Source: Ruditapes philippinarum
Taxonomy: Eukaryota
NCBI RefSeq assembly: GCF_026571515.1
Contig: NW_026861745.1
Location: 1 to 64,000 of the forward strand
DNA length: 64,000 nucleotides
Direction of reading: 5' to 3'
Shown here: piece by piece, positions 51,525 through 64,000 of the stretch
How the letters are laid out: each line of letters starts with the position of its first letter
How positions within the stretch are numbered: position 1 is the stretch's first letter
The notes under the pieces: generated by a model
What the model saw: the letters and a program-made list of their open reading frames with translations, nothing else
What the model was told of the DNA's origin: nothing
The model's database searches: none
Program-made: the position numbers and the translations under genes

Positions 51525-53534
51525 ATGAGGAAAATTCTGACTATGAAATATCACAGGAAGATATAAATAACAACAATGAAGAAAAAGAAGTTGACCAAAA
51601 CTACCATGTAAAATATCCAGTGGAACATACAGATATTGATGCGGCTTGTAAAAACACAGGTATTATTGAGGCAGATATAAACAGTATTGATTCCCAAGAA
51701 ACAAGATCAATAAACTCTGTTAGTGAACCTATCGTTAATAACAATAAGAGAAAAAGGAGGGCCCCTGAAACATGGGAAAAAAATGTCAGAAAGGAGAAAC
51801 GAAACAAAGGTAAATCCTATACTACAGTAAGTGGCACAATAAAGCCAGAGAAATTTTTTTAAAGACTATGAATGTTTCTGTCCAATGAAATGTAGCATTA
51901 TTCTCAATACAGAAGCAAGAAAGAAGAGTTTTAAAACATTTTACGGGAGTGGTAGATGGGAAATACAAACAATCTACATAAATGCACATGTTAAGTCCCA
52001 CAGTGTGGAAAGGAGGTATACTGACCAAGGTAGAAATTCTAGAAGACAGAATTCTCGATATTATTACCTTAATGACTCAAATGGTACCAAGAAAAGAATT
52101 TGTAAGAATATGTTTATGAACACTCTACAGGTCGATAGTGCTCGAATACACAGAGCTATCGAAAAAATGCAAAGCGGAAACCTGAAAGACTTGAGAGAGA
52201 GGCATGAACCTAGTAATAAAGTAAGTCAAGATAAAGTCGATTTAGTCAAAACCCATATTAATAGTTTTTCTAAGTACACCTCACATTATTGCAGAAGAGA
52301 TACTGAACGCCAATATCTTTCACCAGATCTAAACCTAACGAAAATGTACACTCTTTATAGAGAATGGTGTTCTGAAAACAGCTTTGAGTATGTAAGCATG
52401 TCAATGTATAACAAAGTTTTCTATGATAACTTTAACTATTTTTTTTAAAACACCAGAGAAAGATTCCTGCAAAACATGTGATGCAAATAAAATAGCACTA
52501 ATGGTAGATGATAACGAAAAACGGAAGGAAATTGAAAAGACATACTGAGCATTTAAACATTAGTAAAATAGCACGTGAAGCCCTTAAATTTGATCAGAAT
52601 GTAGTCAAAACAGATAAAAAGCAAGTCACAATCACATTTGATCTTCAAAAAACTTTACCAACCCCTAGAATTCAGACCAGTTTGGCTTACTACAAGAGAC
52701 AGTTATGGGTTTATAACCTAGAATACACTCATATCAAAGTGATGATGAAAAAAGTTACATGTTTATGTGGCATGAAGCTGTTGCTTCACGCGGGGCTCAA
52801 GAGGTTTCTTCATGTTTGAAATATTTTACAAAGAATTTCCTCGATAGTGAAATCAATCATCTGACTGCCTGGTCTGATTCGTGCGGTGGACAGAACCGAA
52901 ACATAAAGGTTTGTTTATTATGGATGCATTTAGTTGCAACCACATCTCTTGAAACTGTTGACCATAAATTTCTCGTTAGTGGCCATTCCTATTTACCTTG
53001 TGATAGTGATTTTGGAGACATTGAACGTTCCCTTAAGTATACTCCTAACATGTATTATCCGACTGAATGGTATGATTTGGTACGTAAATCAAGAAGCAAG
53101 CACCCATTCAAAGTCATAGAGATGTCTTGCAATGATTTCTTTTCAACAGAAAATTTAGAAAAATCCATTATAAACAGAAAAAAGAATGCCAACAACGAAA
53201 AGGTAGAGTGGCTTAAGATTAGGCATATAAGGTTTCAGAAGTCAAGACCATACATAATGCAATACAAGTACACACATGAAGAAACAGAGTTTAATGAGGT
53301 CAACTTAGCACCCAAACGACGAAGCCGTGGACAGGAAGTTCCGGGTATTGATGTTGAAGTTGGTTTGCTATATCCAAATGGAAGAAAAAAAGTCAAGAGA
53401 AGGCAAAGGACCTTAAGGAACTTTTGCCTTACATTCCACTTGTGCATCACAGTTTTTATAAATCATTACAAGTTGACAGATCTATAGAGAATGACGATCT
53501 TTGTGGAAACAGTATTGGCTATAACTTAGAATAA
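51525..53534 (+). pseudogene. Sola1-type DDD transposase (frameshifted)
   Basis: ORFs 51353-51862, 51885-52448, 52508-52819 and 52759-53487 join through 1-bp shifts. Motifs: WEKNVRK..RNKGKSY, CFCPMKC, SHYCR..YL, F.TPEKDSCKTCD, TFDLQKTLPTP..YYKRQLWVYNLGIH, WHEAVASRGAQEVSSCL, WSDSCGGQNRN, FLVSGHSYLPCDSDFG, KDLKELLPYIP..HSFY; stop TAA 53532-53534. Sola1 assignment is from recalled motifs plus the 4-bp TSD. Confidence 0.85.
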
Positions 53535-53555
53535 TTTTCTTGTTTCTCATTCCAG

Positions 53556-54392
53556 TGCGACTGACAGACTTGCCGAATGAGTTGCTCTTGAAAGTTCTTG
53601 GAAATTTGGCGACAAAAGAATTGCTCAAGGTTGCTGTCACTTGCAAATTTCTTTACAATGTTGCACACGAAAAGCAGTTGTGGAAAAATGTCACAATGGA
53701 AATACCACAGGATTCTTTGTATGATGACAACAGTTTTGGACATTTATTTGATCTGCATGCTCAACATATAAATATTTTGAAATTCAAAAGCGCCAAAGGT
53801 CAAATGTATGATATCAATGGAAACCCTGCTGCTATAAATCTTCATTTTCAATTTCAGTTGTGTCGTTGCAGCAGTATAACATGCATTGACTTAAGCAGGA
53901 ATTTGTTAGTGCAAAGTCTAAGTTTTGTTAAATGTATGCCACATTTAAATTTTTTAGATATAAGTGGATGCAACTTTATTGATTCTTCAGAATTACATCA
54001 TTTATCATGTCACCCAGGACTGAAAAAAACTTGAAATGACAAATTTTGAATGCCTTCGGATGAATAAACCTATTGTAGTTGACTTACCACAAGTTGTCAA
54101 TATCTCAGAACTTAATATTGAACGAAGTACATATCTATCGCCTGACCAGTGCACTTTATTGCTTAGTAAGAGCCACCTGAAGGTTTTAGAATTCTCACCT
54201 AAATGGAAGAAACCACCTGCTTGGTGTGTTTTCTATGAAGCTTATCAACATATTGAATTTGGATTGGATTTTCAAGCAGTTTATATGTGTCAGACAAATG
54301 GATTCCGATCTCGAAGATTTATAGACATGATTAATAAAGCGCCATTATGGGATACCTGGGACAGTGATGAATCAGATGATGATTTGAATTAA
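53556..54392 (+). CDS. F-box/LRR protein (FBXL-like) inside the transposon; one frameshift in the A7 run at 54023-54029
   Basis: F-box LTDLPNELLLKVLGNLATKELLKVAVTCKFLYNVAHEKQLWKNV; LRRs ITCIDLSRN, LNFLDISGC, LKKLEM, ISELNIER, LKVLEFS; acidic C-tail; strong acceptor TTTTCTTGTTTCTCATTCCAG at 53535-53555. Confidence 0.8.
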
Positions 54393-57300
54393 TGTTGTTC
54401 AGTTTCAATTGTTCTTACTAGTTTGATTTTTTTAAAACTTCAATAGCTTGGATTAGTTCACTTTGGCATATGAACATGTGATGTTACTTATACACAAATG
54501 CCAGAATGAACTATTCCACAAAATCATGGTTTTAAAAAAAGCCACATAAGCAGTATCAAATAAACAGTTGAGAAACAATTCTTCTTTGTCTATATTTTAT
54601 TTTGTAAAAGTAAAATATTGTCTCCCTGAAATATATTTTGTTGGGGGATTTGGAAACCTTCAGTGGCAATTTTCTGAAAATCGAAAGTATAAGGGTTAGT
54701 CCCATCTGGCATCAGACCACTCAAGTGTAAGGCAACATCATTGATATCGTTGTCATTTTTTAGAATGTGTATAAGGATCTTGTCGTAATAAATAATCAGA
54801 ACCAAATCGAAAAGTATCTCGTATTATTTTTAAATGGTGGTATAAAGGTAAAATGCATCAATCTTTCTAATACATGATGCATGTAAGGAAGAGACGATAC
54901 CATTTTAACTGTAAGAGAACCGTACTAAAGTAACATTTCGTATATTTTTGTAACGTTCTCACGTGAAATATGCATTTGTATCTTGGAACGCAAATAATAA
55001 ACAGTGTCACATCCAAACGCTATATATAACATTTTTTATGACATAGTGGCAAAAAAAGATGACACTCGATGAAACATACGAGAAGTGCAATGAAATAAGT
55101 GCATGTCGTGTCGACTTTATGGCGACGTCTGATTTTTATTTTTGTATTATGATGTTTCTCATTTGTTTCGTAAAGAATATTAAAATAATTAGTTAAGTTA
55201 GTAATTAGATTTTAATACCAAGCACTCGCAAAAACAGACTGTTCCTTGTCATGTGTTAATGGTGCCCGTAAAACTATGTAAGGTTGATTATAAATGATTG
55301 TCGTAAGTCATAAAACATTCATAAAGCCATTTTTATTGATTCTATATACGGTAGTATAAAAGCTAATTAATAAATGATTAATGGCGTGCTTTAGAGAATA
55401 TAATACAAACTTACATGTGCAGTTCAAAAGAAATCCGTTTAACGCGTGCAGCATCTATATTATTATTTGGAAGCATCAGCTTCCATATTTATAAAGACAA
55501 ACATGCCATATTTTAGGATAGATAATGACAAGTAAAAATTTTATGAGGTTAATCGGTCTAAAAATGAATGATTGGAAATGAATGCATATGATTTGACAAG
55601 TTTTTTTTATCGATTTCCATCGATGTTTTATCCTAATGAAGTATTTCATGAAGCTAAAGTTTATAATTTTACAAGGTCACTGTGTCAATATTTATACAAA
55701 TAACATGTCTGTATGAATAGAAAGTATGTCTATTGCCATTTAATGACACTGAAACGGAATCTGTCATGCACTGTTGAAAGGATTATCATAACAAAATAAA
55801 CTCAATAACGCTGCATCATAAGACAACGGGTTTAAAAACACTTTATCAAATATGGTAAGCATAATCACATGTAAATAAAAACAAAACAACAAATCCATTT
55901 GTAAATTTTTTTAAAGTATAATTTTAAACGTGTATTATCAGTTTGTAAACAAATGTAATATGTTTGCCTCTTAATAAAACATTTGTGTTCCGTGTTCAGG
56001 ATATAAAATCGTACTAAACTTCACTAATAATAAAGAAAGAAACTTGATTTATTGACATTACACTTGCGTTCTTTGAAAAGATTCGCCGTATATGTATACA
56101 TCTTTATATATATTCTATTTTATCGTATAGAGATAACCGCAGTATGTAAGTTTTCCAATTTAGAATATTGTCATCTTCCTACGCTATTCTTTTTAAACCA
56201 GTTAAATAAGTTTTTATTGGAGGTAAGTTGAAAAGTTTTACCTTAGGAAGGATTGTTTGTTTTGTTTGGTTTTATGGCACATACACAGTTTAGGTCATAT
56301 GGCGCCGAAACAGGAAATTTAGTAAACACGAGAACTCACAATGTGGCAAAATTGAAAATGTTTTTTATTTAAACCAAAAGTGCAATGTTAATTAAATGAT
56401 AATGTGTCCTGCTTGGTCAACAACCTTTTCATTATTTACCATCCAAACTGTAAAAAAGTATTTACTTTAATTTTCCAATATCTAAAGCTTGACACCGGAA
56501 GCCTAGACAATATCTTAAATATATGAGAATATTGGCTGCGAGGCCGTACTATAACAAACATCTTATTCAGAGCCTAGGGACTTTTGAAAAGGCTTAAAGC
56601 AATACGTTTTGGATATAGAGCATATAATAATATATTAAACATAGTGTTTCACGAACGGAATTTCCCTTGGCGCCATATATCATACTTTGCTATTCTTGAA
56701 AATGTCTTACATATTCTGGTTAACGCCATTATAATCTATAACTTTAAGCAGTGCCTGGTAGATTTACAGTGTTAGGTAGACTTAAAATAAACATTTCTTT
56801 TTAATAACCGATTCCATTTCCTTTACTTATTAGATAGAGTTTATACCGCGAGATTGACTGAACGATTACCTGTGACTTACCAGTGTAACGTTTTTGCAGC
56901 ATACAAATTGAAGTGTACCTAAATGTATTCTCAAAACTGTTTAATATTTAAGCTCATTCTCGCACTGAGAGCATATATATTTTCATTTATTTCAGCCATT
57001 CTGAAATAAAATAAAACACGTTTTATTGCATAGCATAGGAAGATAGACATTACAGTAGGAATAAAATACTCGATCACGATTATTTTCTTTTTTTTTAGTT
57101 GAACAATATATGTATCTTGAAAATTATACCGAATATGACGTCGAAGTCACGCTGAGTAACAAAAACATGTAAGACATTTTCAAATTTTCAAACAGAACGA
57201 AAACTCTTCTCATCTGATAAATACAGCCTATTTTCTGAAACCTTTTATTTTGTTATTTTAATAACCGTTCAATGTTATATTCTATTTTATATTCTATTTT

Positions 57301-60300
57301 CAACAGCATTCCGCAATGATTTTCATTGTCCAATAAAATTCCTCTTTACGGAAATTTCCCTTCCGCTTTTCTCACTCATGTTAATTATCCGCTCACATTT
57401 TTTGACAAAGCGTAGAATTTGCCTATAGTATAGAAACGCCCCTCCCTCATAAACTATCTCTTTTCTATCATGACATGAACATGTCGAACTACAATCAATA
57501 ATACAATGAGTATTTCAGCGTCTATTACCAACTGTGCATTTCATTACAAATCATATATCTTAACCTACTTACAGTTACAATTACCGTATTATAAGATGAA
57601 TTATTTTAATGAAAGAGTTCTTTAAAGATCAACGCCCACCAATTTAGTTCCTTATTTCTGACCTTTTCAACGTGGGTGGTTCCAGTATTCCTACTTGAAT
57701 ACTGTATAATAATCATAACCTCATAACCTCTGATCCTCTTTTCATTTAATTTAGTTTCACCTATTGTATTCTAATTTTTAGACATATGCGTTTTTTTAAT
57801 GTAAGGACATATATGGATTGGCACTTTCGTGCTGCATTAAAAGTTTCATAGTAACACATCAAAGTTTCACCACTTTCATGTTGAAATGTTGAATTCTGCT
57901 TATGCCAGTGCTAACTTGCAAATACCGTCACCGTCCATGAACCGGGTCAATCAACCCGGGCCTGTCACATTGTCAATTTTGTAAGTAAAGAATATAAAAT
58001 ATATTTGACATATCAATACCATGCACTTTCAAAAAGTTCGCTCGTTTGTAATACATAAATTAGTGGTAATTGTAAGGGTAAAACTAGTGTGGATAAACAA
58101 AGTTAATTATAAATGGTTTCACTCAATTATTAAACATTCATAAGCTTCTATAATTATTGACGCAATATACCGTGATACAAAAGCCAATTTAGTAATGATT
58201 AATGGCGTGTTGTAGAGAATATTGTGCAGTTCAAAGAAATTAGGTTACCATGTAAAACATCACTCTAAGTATTTTGAATCAGCAACTTCTGCATGACAAA
58301 AAGAGAAATATGCCTAATTAACCTACATCCGTTACCAATATGATAACTCAATAATTCGATAAAAGGTTAACAGGTCTAAAAAAGAACGGTTGCAAATGTC
58401 TGTGTCTGATTTAACAAGTTCGCCTAGTTTAATATTTTATCATGATTAAATGAAAATTTTTCACAGTATGTGTCAGTATTAATGCAAATTAGTTATTCTT
58501 ACGAAATGAGGCTATGGTTTTATCATTAAGGAAATTCTGATACAATGAGTAATGGTTACAACACAATTAACTTACAAACAATGTAAGATAATCGACGGTC
58601 TTTAAGACACTTGAATATTTACATAACATTAGAATATATGTTAGTGATTTCATGAATGCCTAGTGCGCCGTTTTGTTGACTTATAAGACGTTTACGTTTT
58701 AAGTCTTCTTTAAATTACCATTTGATGAATTTGCTTTACAGTTAATGGTATCAGGACCTTAAGTACTTTTTCGCAATACAAACATCAATAATCACTTTCA
58801 GACATAAGTCTGATATGTTTTATCTCATCTATCTCTAAAATATGAAATGCACTATTGTTGCTAAATTAATGACAATGTCCATCAATCTTCTCGCATGGCT
58901 ATAAGGGCTATTCTTTGATAAGGAACATTAAAATAAGTGTCTGTTTCCTCTAAAATAATAGCAATTCAATGTTTGCTAGCTGCGAAAGTTGTCATATTAA
59001 GAAATAGCCCACGTGGAAATTATAACATTGGCGTATAAGATAGAATCATTAATATTGTCATAGAGTATTTGTATCAGCTTAACTGATCTGAATCAAATAT
59101 CAATCGCAATCTATTACACTGAGTTTTAAGACACGGTATGTCAATTGAAGCTTTATATTGTACGGTGATATATTATTGAGAATGAAATTGCAATTATTAA
59201 GCGGTTAATACGGTCTGACACTTTAATGGAATAAGTGACAGCAAATGGATCTGTAATACTCTTTTTATTATTATTATATATTCTTTTTTGAGACATAATG
59301 AAGTTGATATCGCAAAGCTTGAGATTCTCATGTCAATTAGTGTAAATGTTGTTAAGGTGGTGCTAAAGTCACCCCGTACTTCATCCAAGTGTCATAACAC
59401 TTATATGGTTTCTTACTGGATCTACACATTTTGCAAAGGCATGATATCACTTCAAATTTACAAAAAGGTTTAGTCCTACATACCTATAAAGACTAAGGCC
59501 TCTGCCCAATTTTTTTTAAAGAAGAAATTATATAAAACCATGTAAAAGAGCATTCATATTACATTATCCTTAATATTCTGTTATTAAAATTTTATTCAGA
59601 AGGCACGTTGTAGTATATATTTAACTTCATATACAGAAAAAAATCGTTTCAAAAATATAAGACCATTGAATATTTGATTAAAAAAAAGCATGTACTACTG
59701 TGCAGATATGGGCCTGTATAATCGCCAAGGCAAAAGAAGACACAGTCGTCCTTTCGGTTAAGATTTGCCCTTTCTACGCAGACATTAATATAAATTTGAA
59801 TTTCAATCATAATAACGAGTGCCTGCGACTGAGACGTTGTACTCAATGTCAGGATCAATTTGTCCGAGGAATAATTGGTCTTTTTGTCTCAAGCACGAGA
59901 GGACAACTCACATGTAGCGGTTAGGGGCCATTGATTAGACGTCAGTATCAATACCATTTAAGCCACTGAAACCTTTATCTTTATAAATAATAAAATTAAA
60001 ACGTCCGAAGTCTAATATCATATAAAATAAAAGTTTTATTTACGGCATTCAAAATTCTTTTACCAGTAAAACTGTAAAGTCACCTTATGACCTTTTCAAT
60101 GTTAATGAGACTTAGGGATTTTGTTTTTCTATCTCTATTTTGAAACCCAACAAAACAAACAAAATACAAGTTATGAATATTCATTTAAATTGAATACAAA
60201 CCGGACATTCAACACAAAAAAATCCAAGTCGGTGCTTTGTTTCTGTTTTCATTGCCTTATTTAGTTTTTTATGGGTCCGCTTACCCAAGAAAGGAAAATG

Positions 60301-60494
60301 ATAAAATCTAACTTTAATATCATTCATGTTGCAACTACTGTATATACTTCATGTATTTATGACACAGCCAACTTGCTATGTTTTTGGTTTACTTTTAAAT
60401 GTTTTGCTGCTTTGTGATTATCTTTTAAACCGTAATTCGGAATATTAAATACAAAATTGAAAACAGTGCCAGTGGAATAAGTTATTTTGCAATC

Positions 60495-61005
60495 GCACTC
60501 AAACCGAGTTTCATTTTTTATTCTGTTGTATTGCCTTTCAGATACTTAAATCTGTACACAGAATGTTTTGATTTGCAGAATTCAAGTCAGTAGCGGAAGG
60601 ACATATTTTATCGTCACTTACTGTGTAATTGAGTCTTCGGTATTTTCCACTGCTATTGAAACAAAGAACAGCTATGCATAATTGAATGGTTTAAGAGTTT
60701 AATAAGAATGTTTAATTCTTTTTTTATGTCTTATACTTTGCTTACAACCGCACTCAAACCGATTTTCATTTTCTATTCTATTATATTGTTTTTCAGAAAC
60801 ATTTATTTGTTCACAGAATTTTTTGAATTTGCAGAATAGAAGTTAGTAGCAGAAAGAAATATTTTATCGTCAATTACATACTGTGTAATTGAGTCTTCGG
60901 TATTTTTCTCTGCTATTGAAACAAAGAACAGCTATGAACAATTGAACAGTTTAAGAGATTTATAAGAATGTTTAAATCCTTTCTTTATGTCTAATGCTTT
61001 ACTTA
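60495..61005. repeat. Two diverged tandem copies of ~255 bp
   Basis: CGCACTCAAACCGA.TTTCATTTT at 60495 and 60750; shared CTGTGTAATTGAGTCTTCGGTATTTT..GCTATTGAAACAAAGAACAGCTATG. Confidence 0.8.
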
Positions 61006-64000
61006 TAATTCTGAGAACATGTATGTAAGGAACATAAAAATCAATAACTATTTCAGTGTAAAAAATTACAACTTTACATTTCGCACAGTCTTGAGGTAAA
61101 TTAGTGGAAAGTATGTTGTATTTGTATCTCAGAATAAAGAATTTATTTCGTAAGAAATCGACACTGCATGTTTGAAAATTGTATACTGCTCTGTATAAAG
61201 CACGTAACCTCTATGCTTACTTATCATTTTAGGCGAGATTTAGTTTACGTGACGATTTGAATATCAGGCAATTAGAAAATATTGCGTTTCTTTATAATAC
61301 AGATGTTAATGAAAATGGTTTCGGTAAAACTAGTACTTTTATGTTAGGTTAATCATAAATGCTTGCCACAAATAATAAAACATTAACAAGCTACCGTGAT
61401 TGATTGACACAATATAGTACTAGAGCTAATGAAGATATCAATGTATGACGAGCGCATTTTAATCATAGCGGAAACTTATATGGATTCAGATAAATGTATA
61501 TCATGCTTTATTAGAAGAGGGATATTAATTAAATGCAAAACTTTAAAAGAGGATGTAACTACTTGACACATTAAAACAATGCATAAAGTTTAATCATACA
61601 AAAAGGAGTCCTTATATTATGGATACGGGTTATTACGGAAACCTTTATGTTTAGCGTGAATTTGATAATGGTTTCATACTCAAATAAAAAGTTTGTTCAT
61701 CAATTATTTGTAATATATTGATATTATTAATTGCACTTTAATACTTTCCAATAAAATCTGACATTTGATGTAATGAGAGGCAACCAATAGGACCAGCATT
61801 TGTCTCTTATGGAAATATTCAATCATTCTTGCATTCATGTTATGTTATTGTCACCGAGGGCTATGCCAATTAAAAAAAACACAATATGTTTTTGTATGAC
61901 AACTCCACATACGTAAATTAAGATTATTTACTGATAAAAACACAAATCATAAACTAATTAAATCATCCGGATGAAGACGAAAACATCTGAGGCCTCATTA
62001 TGAATGCAGAATGAAAATGCCAACATCTTTGTGTCATTTTAAACGCTTAGTAAAATTAAATTTGGTACTTGATCTATGGTAATGTGATCAAAAACTAAAA
62101 ACACAAAAGAACACAAAATGATATGTTCCTTTCTAGCGGGTGATATACATATTCATGGCAAATGAATTACTTGGGACTTTTTAAACACGTACCTATTTGT
62201 TATAATAATTAACATTTTATATGTAATCGACACTTTGTTCCAGCAAAAAATAAGTACCTGAATACCAGTAGTGTCCTGAGATGTGATCAAGATCAATGAA
62301 GATATTAAACCGTAATAAACTTCATCAAAGATGAAGAAAATGAGATTATTAACGACTTGATTTATTGACATTATATTTTGCGTTCTTGGAAAAGATGCGT
62401 CGTGCGTACATGTATACATCTATAAATAGATTTCATATCATCATATCCAGACAGACTGTGACAACTGAATGCAGTAAGCATTTTTGTGGTGGTGTAATTT
62501 TGAAATATTGTTAACTTTCTGCGCCACTCGTCCTACTCCAGTTATAGAGTATTTTTCATTTGAGGTAATTTGGAAGGTTTTACTTAATAAACCATAAAGC
62601 AAAACATAGACGCATTTAGCGACATACACACATGGTAGTATCATCTGATGATCGAACAATATATTTAAAGATGGGGGATCCTCGTAAACGTAATGAGGTC
62701 TATAGATTTCTCTACTGTTTATCTCATGAAATTCACTGGTTCTTTATATACTGATCAGTGCAAAGTTGTCACATGGCAGTGACAGTACGTGTAGGCGTGA
62801 TGCAATTAAATAAACATACTAGTATACCGCAAGTAGGAAAAGGATATATTGACATAGCCATTTACAAAAGTGTGACATATACATGTAATAATAATTTAAA
62901 TGTATGTGCTTTATTTTTGATAGATAAAATGGAAATCTAGTAAAAACTTCCAAAGTGACAAAAATTAAAAATGTTGCAGAATCGTTTTTTTTTCATGGAT
63001 GGCAGTTGAAAATGCAATGTACCGTATACGTTCGCCTAGCATCGGTGTTTAATTGAAACTAAAGTGTTATTAAGAACCACTCTCCTCACTTGCATTACTA
63101 AAGTAATGTTTGAAGAGAAAGAAATAATAATTTTAATTTTCCACATTCTAGAGCTAAACAAATGTATTGAATATAGAAATGTTTATCAACTGGTATTTTT
63201 TCTATATGAGAATATAAGCTGCAAGGCCACATTGTAAGCCATACATGACACCGTAAGGTCAAGGGACATTTAAGAATTATACTTAAAATAATACGTTTTA
63301 AATAGAGTTATATCTCAGAAGCGTGAAAGATAATCTGTGAAACATTTTCAAGAACGAAAGTACTCTTGGTGCTATATGTCATACTTAGCTATTCTTAACT
63401 ATGTCTTTCATATTTTGTTTACGGTCATTATGATCTATAAATTCAAGAAGTGCGTGACTTGTAAAAACGGAGTTTATACCACATGTGCGGCTTATCAACT
63501 GTAGAACTTTTTATTTTCTGTTTTCCTAGTTCCTCTCATTGTTTTATACTATCTTGTTTATGAATTTATGCGTACTTCTATGTTATAAGTTTGAGTTTTT
63601 ATATTGTAATATTCATGTGCCTTGACCCTGGAACTCGCTATTGAACATTTTAATTACAGATGCTTTGCCATTATTTTGCTTACAATAATGACATGTGTTA
63701 TCCCTCATGTACAGACTCAATCAAACCGAGTCTGCAATTCTCTTGTAATTTTGTTGTGATTAATGCTTCCGAGGGATCACTTTGTTTCCAGATTTTTTTT
63801 TAGAATTGTGATTGAGTAAGAACCAATTTTCGAAGCCTACAAAATTAATAAGTTGGAACCAGCAACATAGCCTATAAGAATTGATAAAAAAGTTAAAAAA
63901 CAGTATATCACTGAAGTCAAGTTTAATAACTAGTGCAAAAATGGTTTTCGTACTAAAACAATAAAAAAGGCTTTGAAATAAAGATGAGTTATTAATTTAT

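Larger units (their letters stand above)
50094..54722 (+). mobile_element. Sola1-like DNA transposon carrying transposase and an F-box/LRR gene
   Basis: ~30-bp imperfect TIRs GTGTGGTCTTATGCCTAAGGGAACTAACCC / GGGTTAGTCCCATCTGGCATCAGACCACTC; 4-bp TSD AAGT (50090-50093, 54723-54726); recurring GAACTAWCC motif; DDD transposase inside. Confidence 0.88.

Noticed and set aside
52759-54034. Direct read-through transposase-F-box fusion protein
   Set aside because: The corrected transposase frame ends at TAA 53532-53534 after its conserved C-terminal motif and is followed by a canonical splice acceptor; alternative splicing from exon 1 is more parsimonious, though an internal donor cannot be excluded.

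Overview
AT-rich, intron-containing animal DNA. The repeat landscape (Helentron/HINE elements with ~156-166 bp satellite cores, tRNA-SINEs, many MITEs) points to a bivalve mollusc (inference). The left half holds two multi-exon genes on the minus strand. One is a CEP72 orthologue (12559 to <736, running off the window), whose third intron is a clear U12-type minor-spliceosome intron. The other is a PHF20/PHF20L1 orthologue (~30598 to 17270; 2 Tudor, C2H2 finger, PHD) with a large exon expanded by coding tandem repeats. The right half shows no recognisable host gene and is TE-rich: nested MULE-like MITEs and a HINE, a CR1-type LINE fragment, a 7.5 kb CMC/EnSpm-type element carrying a spliced DUF4806-like gene, and degenerate segmental duplications. 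The most notable feature is a 4.6 kb Sola1-like DNA transposon (50094-54722; TIRs, AAGT TSD, palindromic target). Inside its TIRs it carries both a DDD transposase and an F-box/LRR gene. Both coding exons have phase-1 acceptors compatible with one shared first exon, suggesting a transposon that alternatively splices to make either its transposase or an SCF ubiquitin-ligase adaptor.
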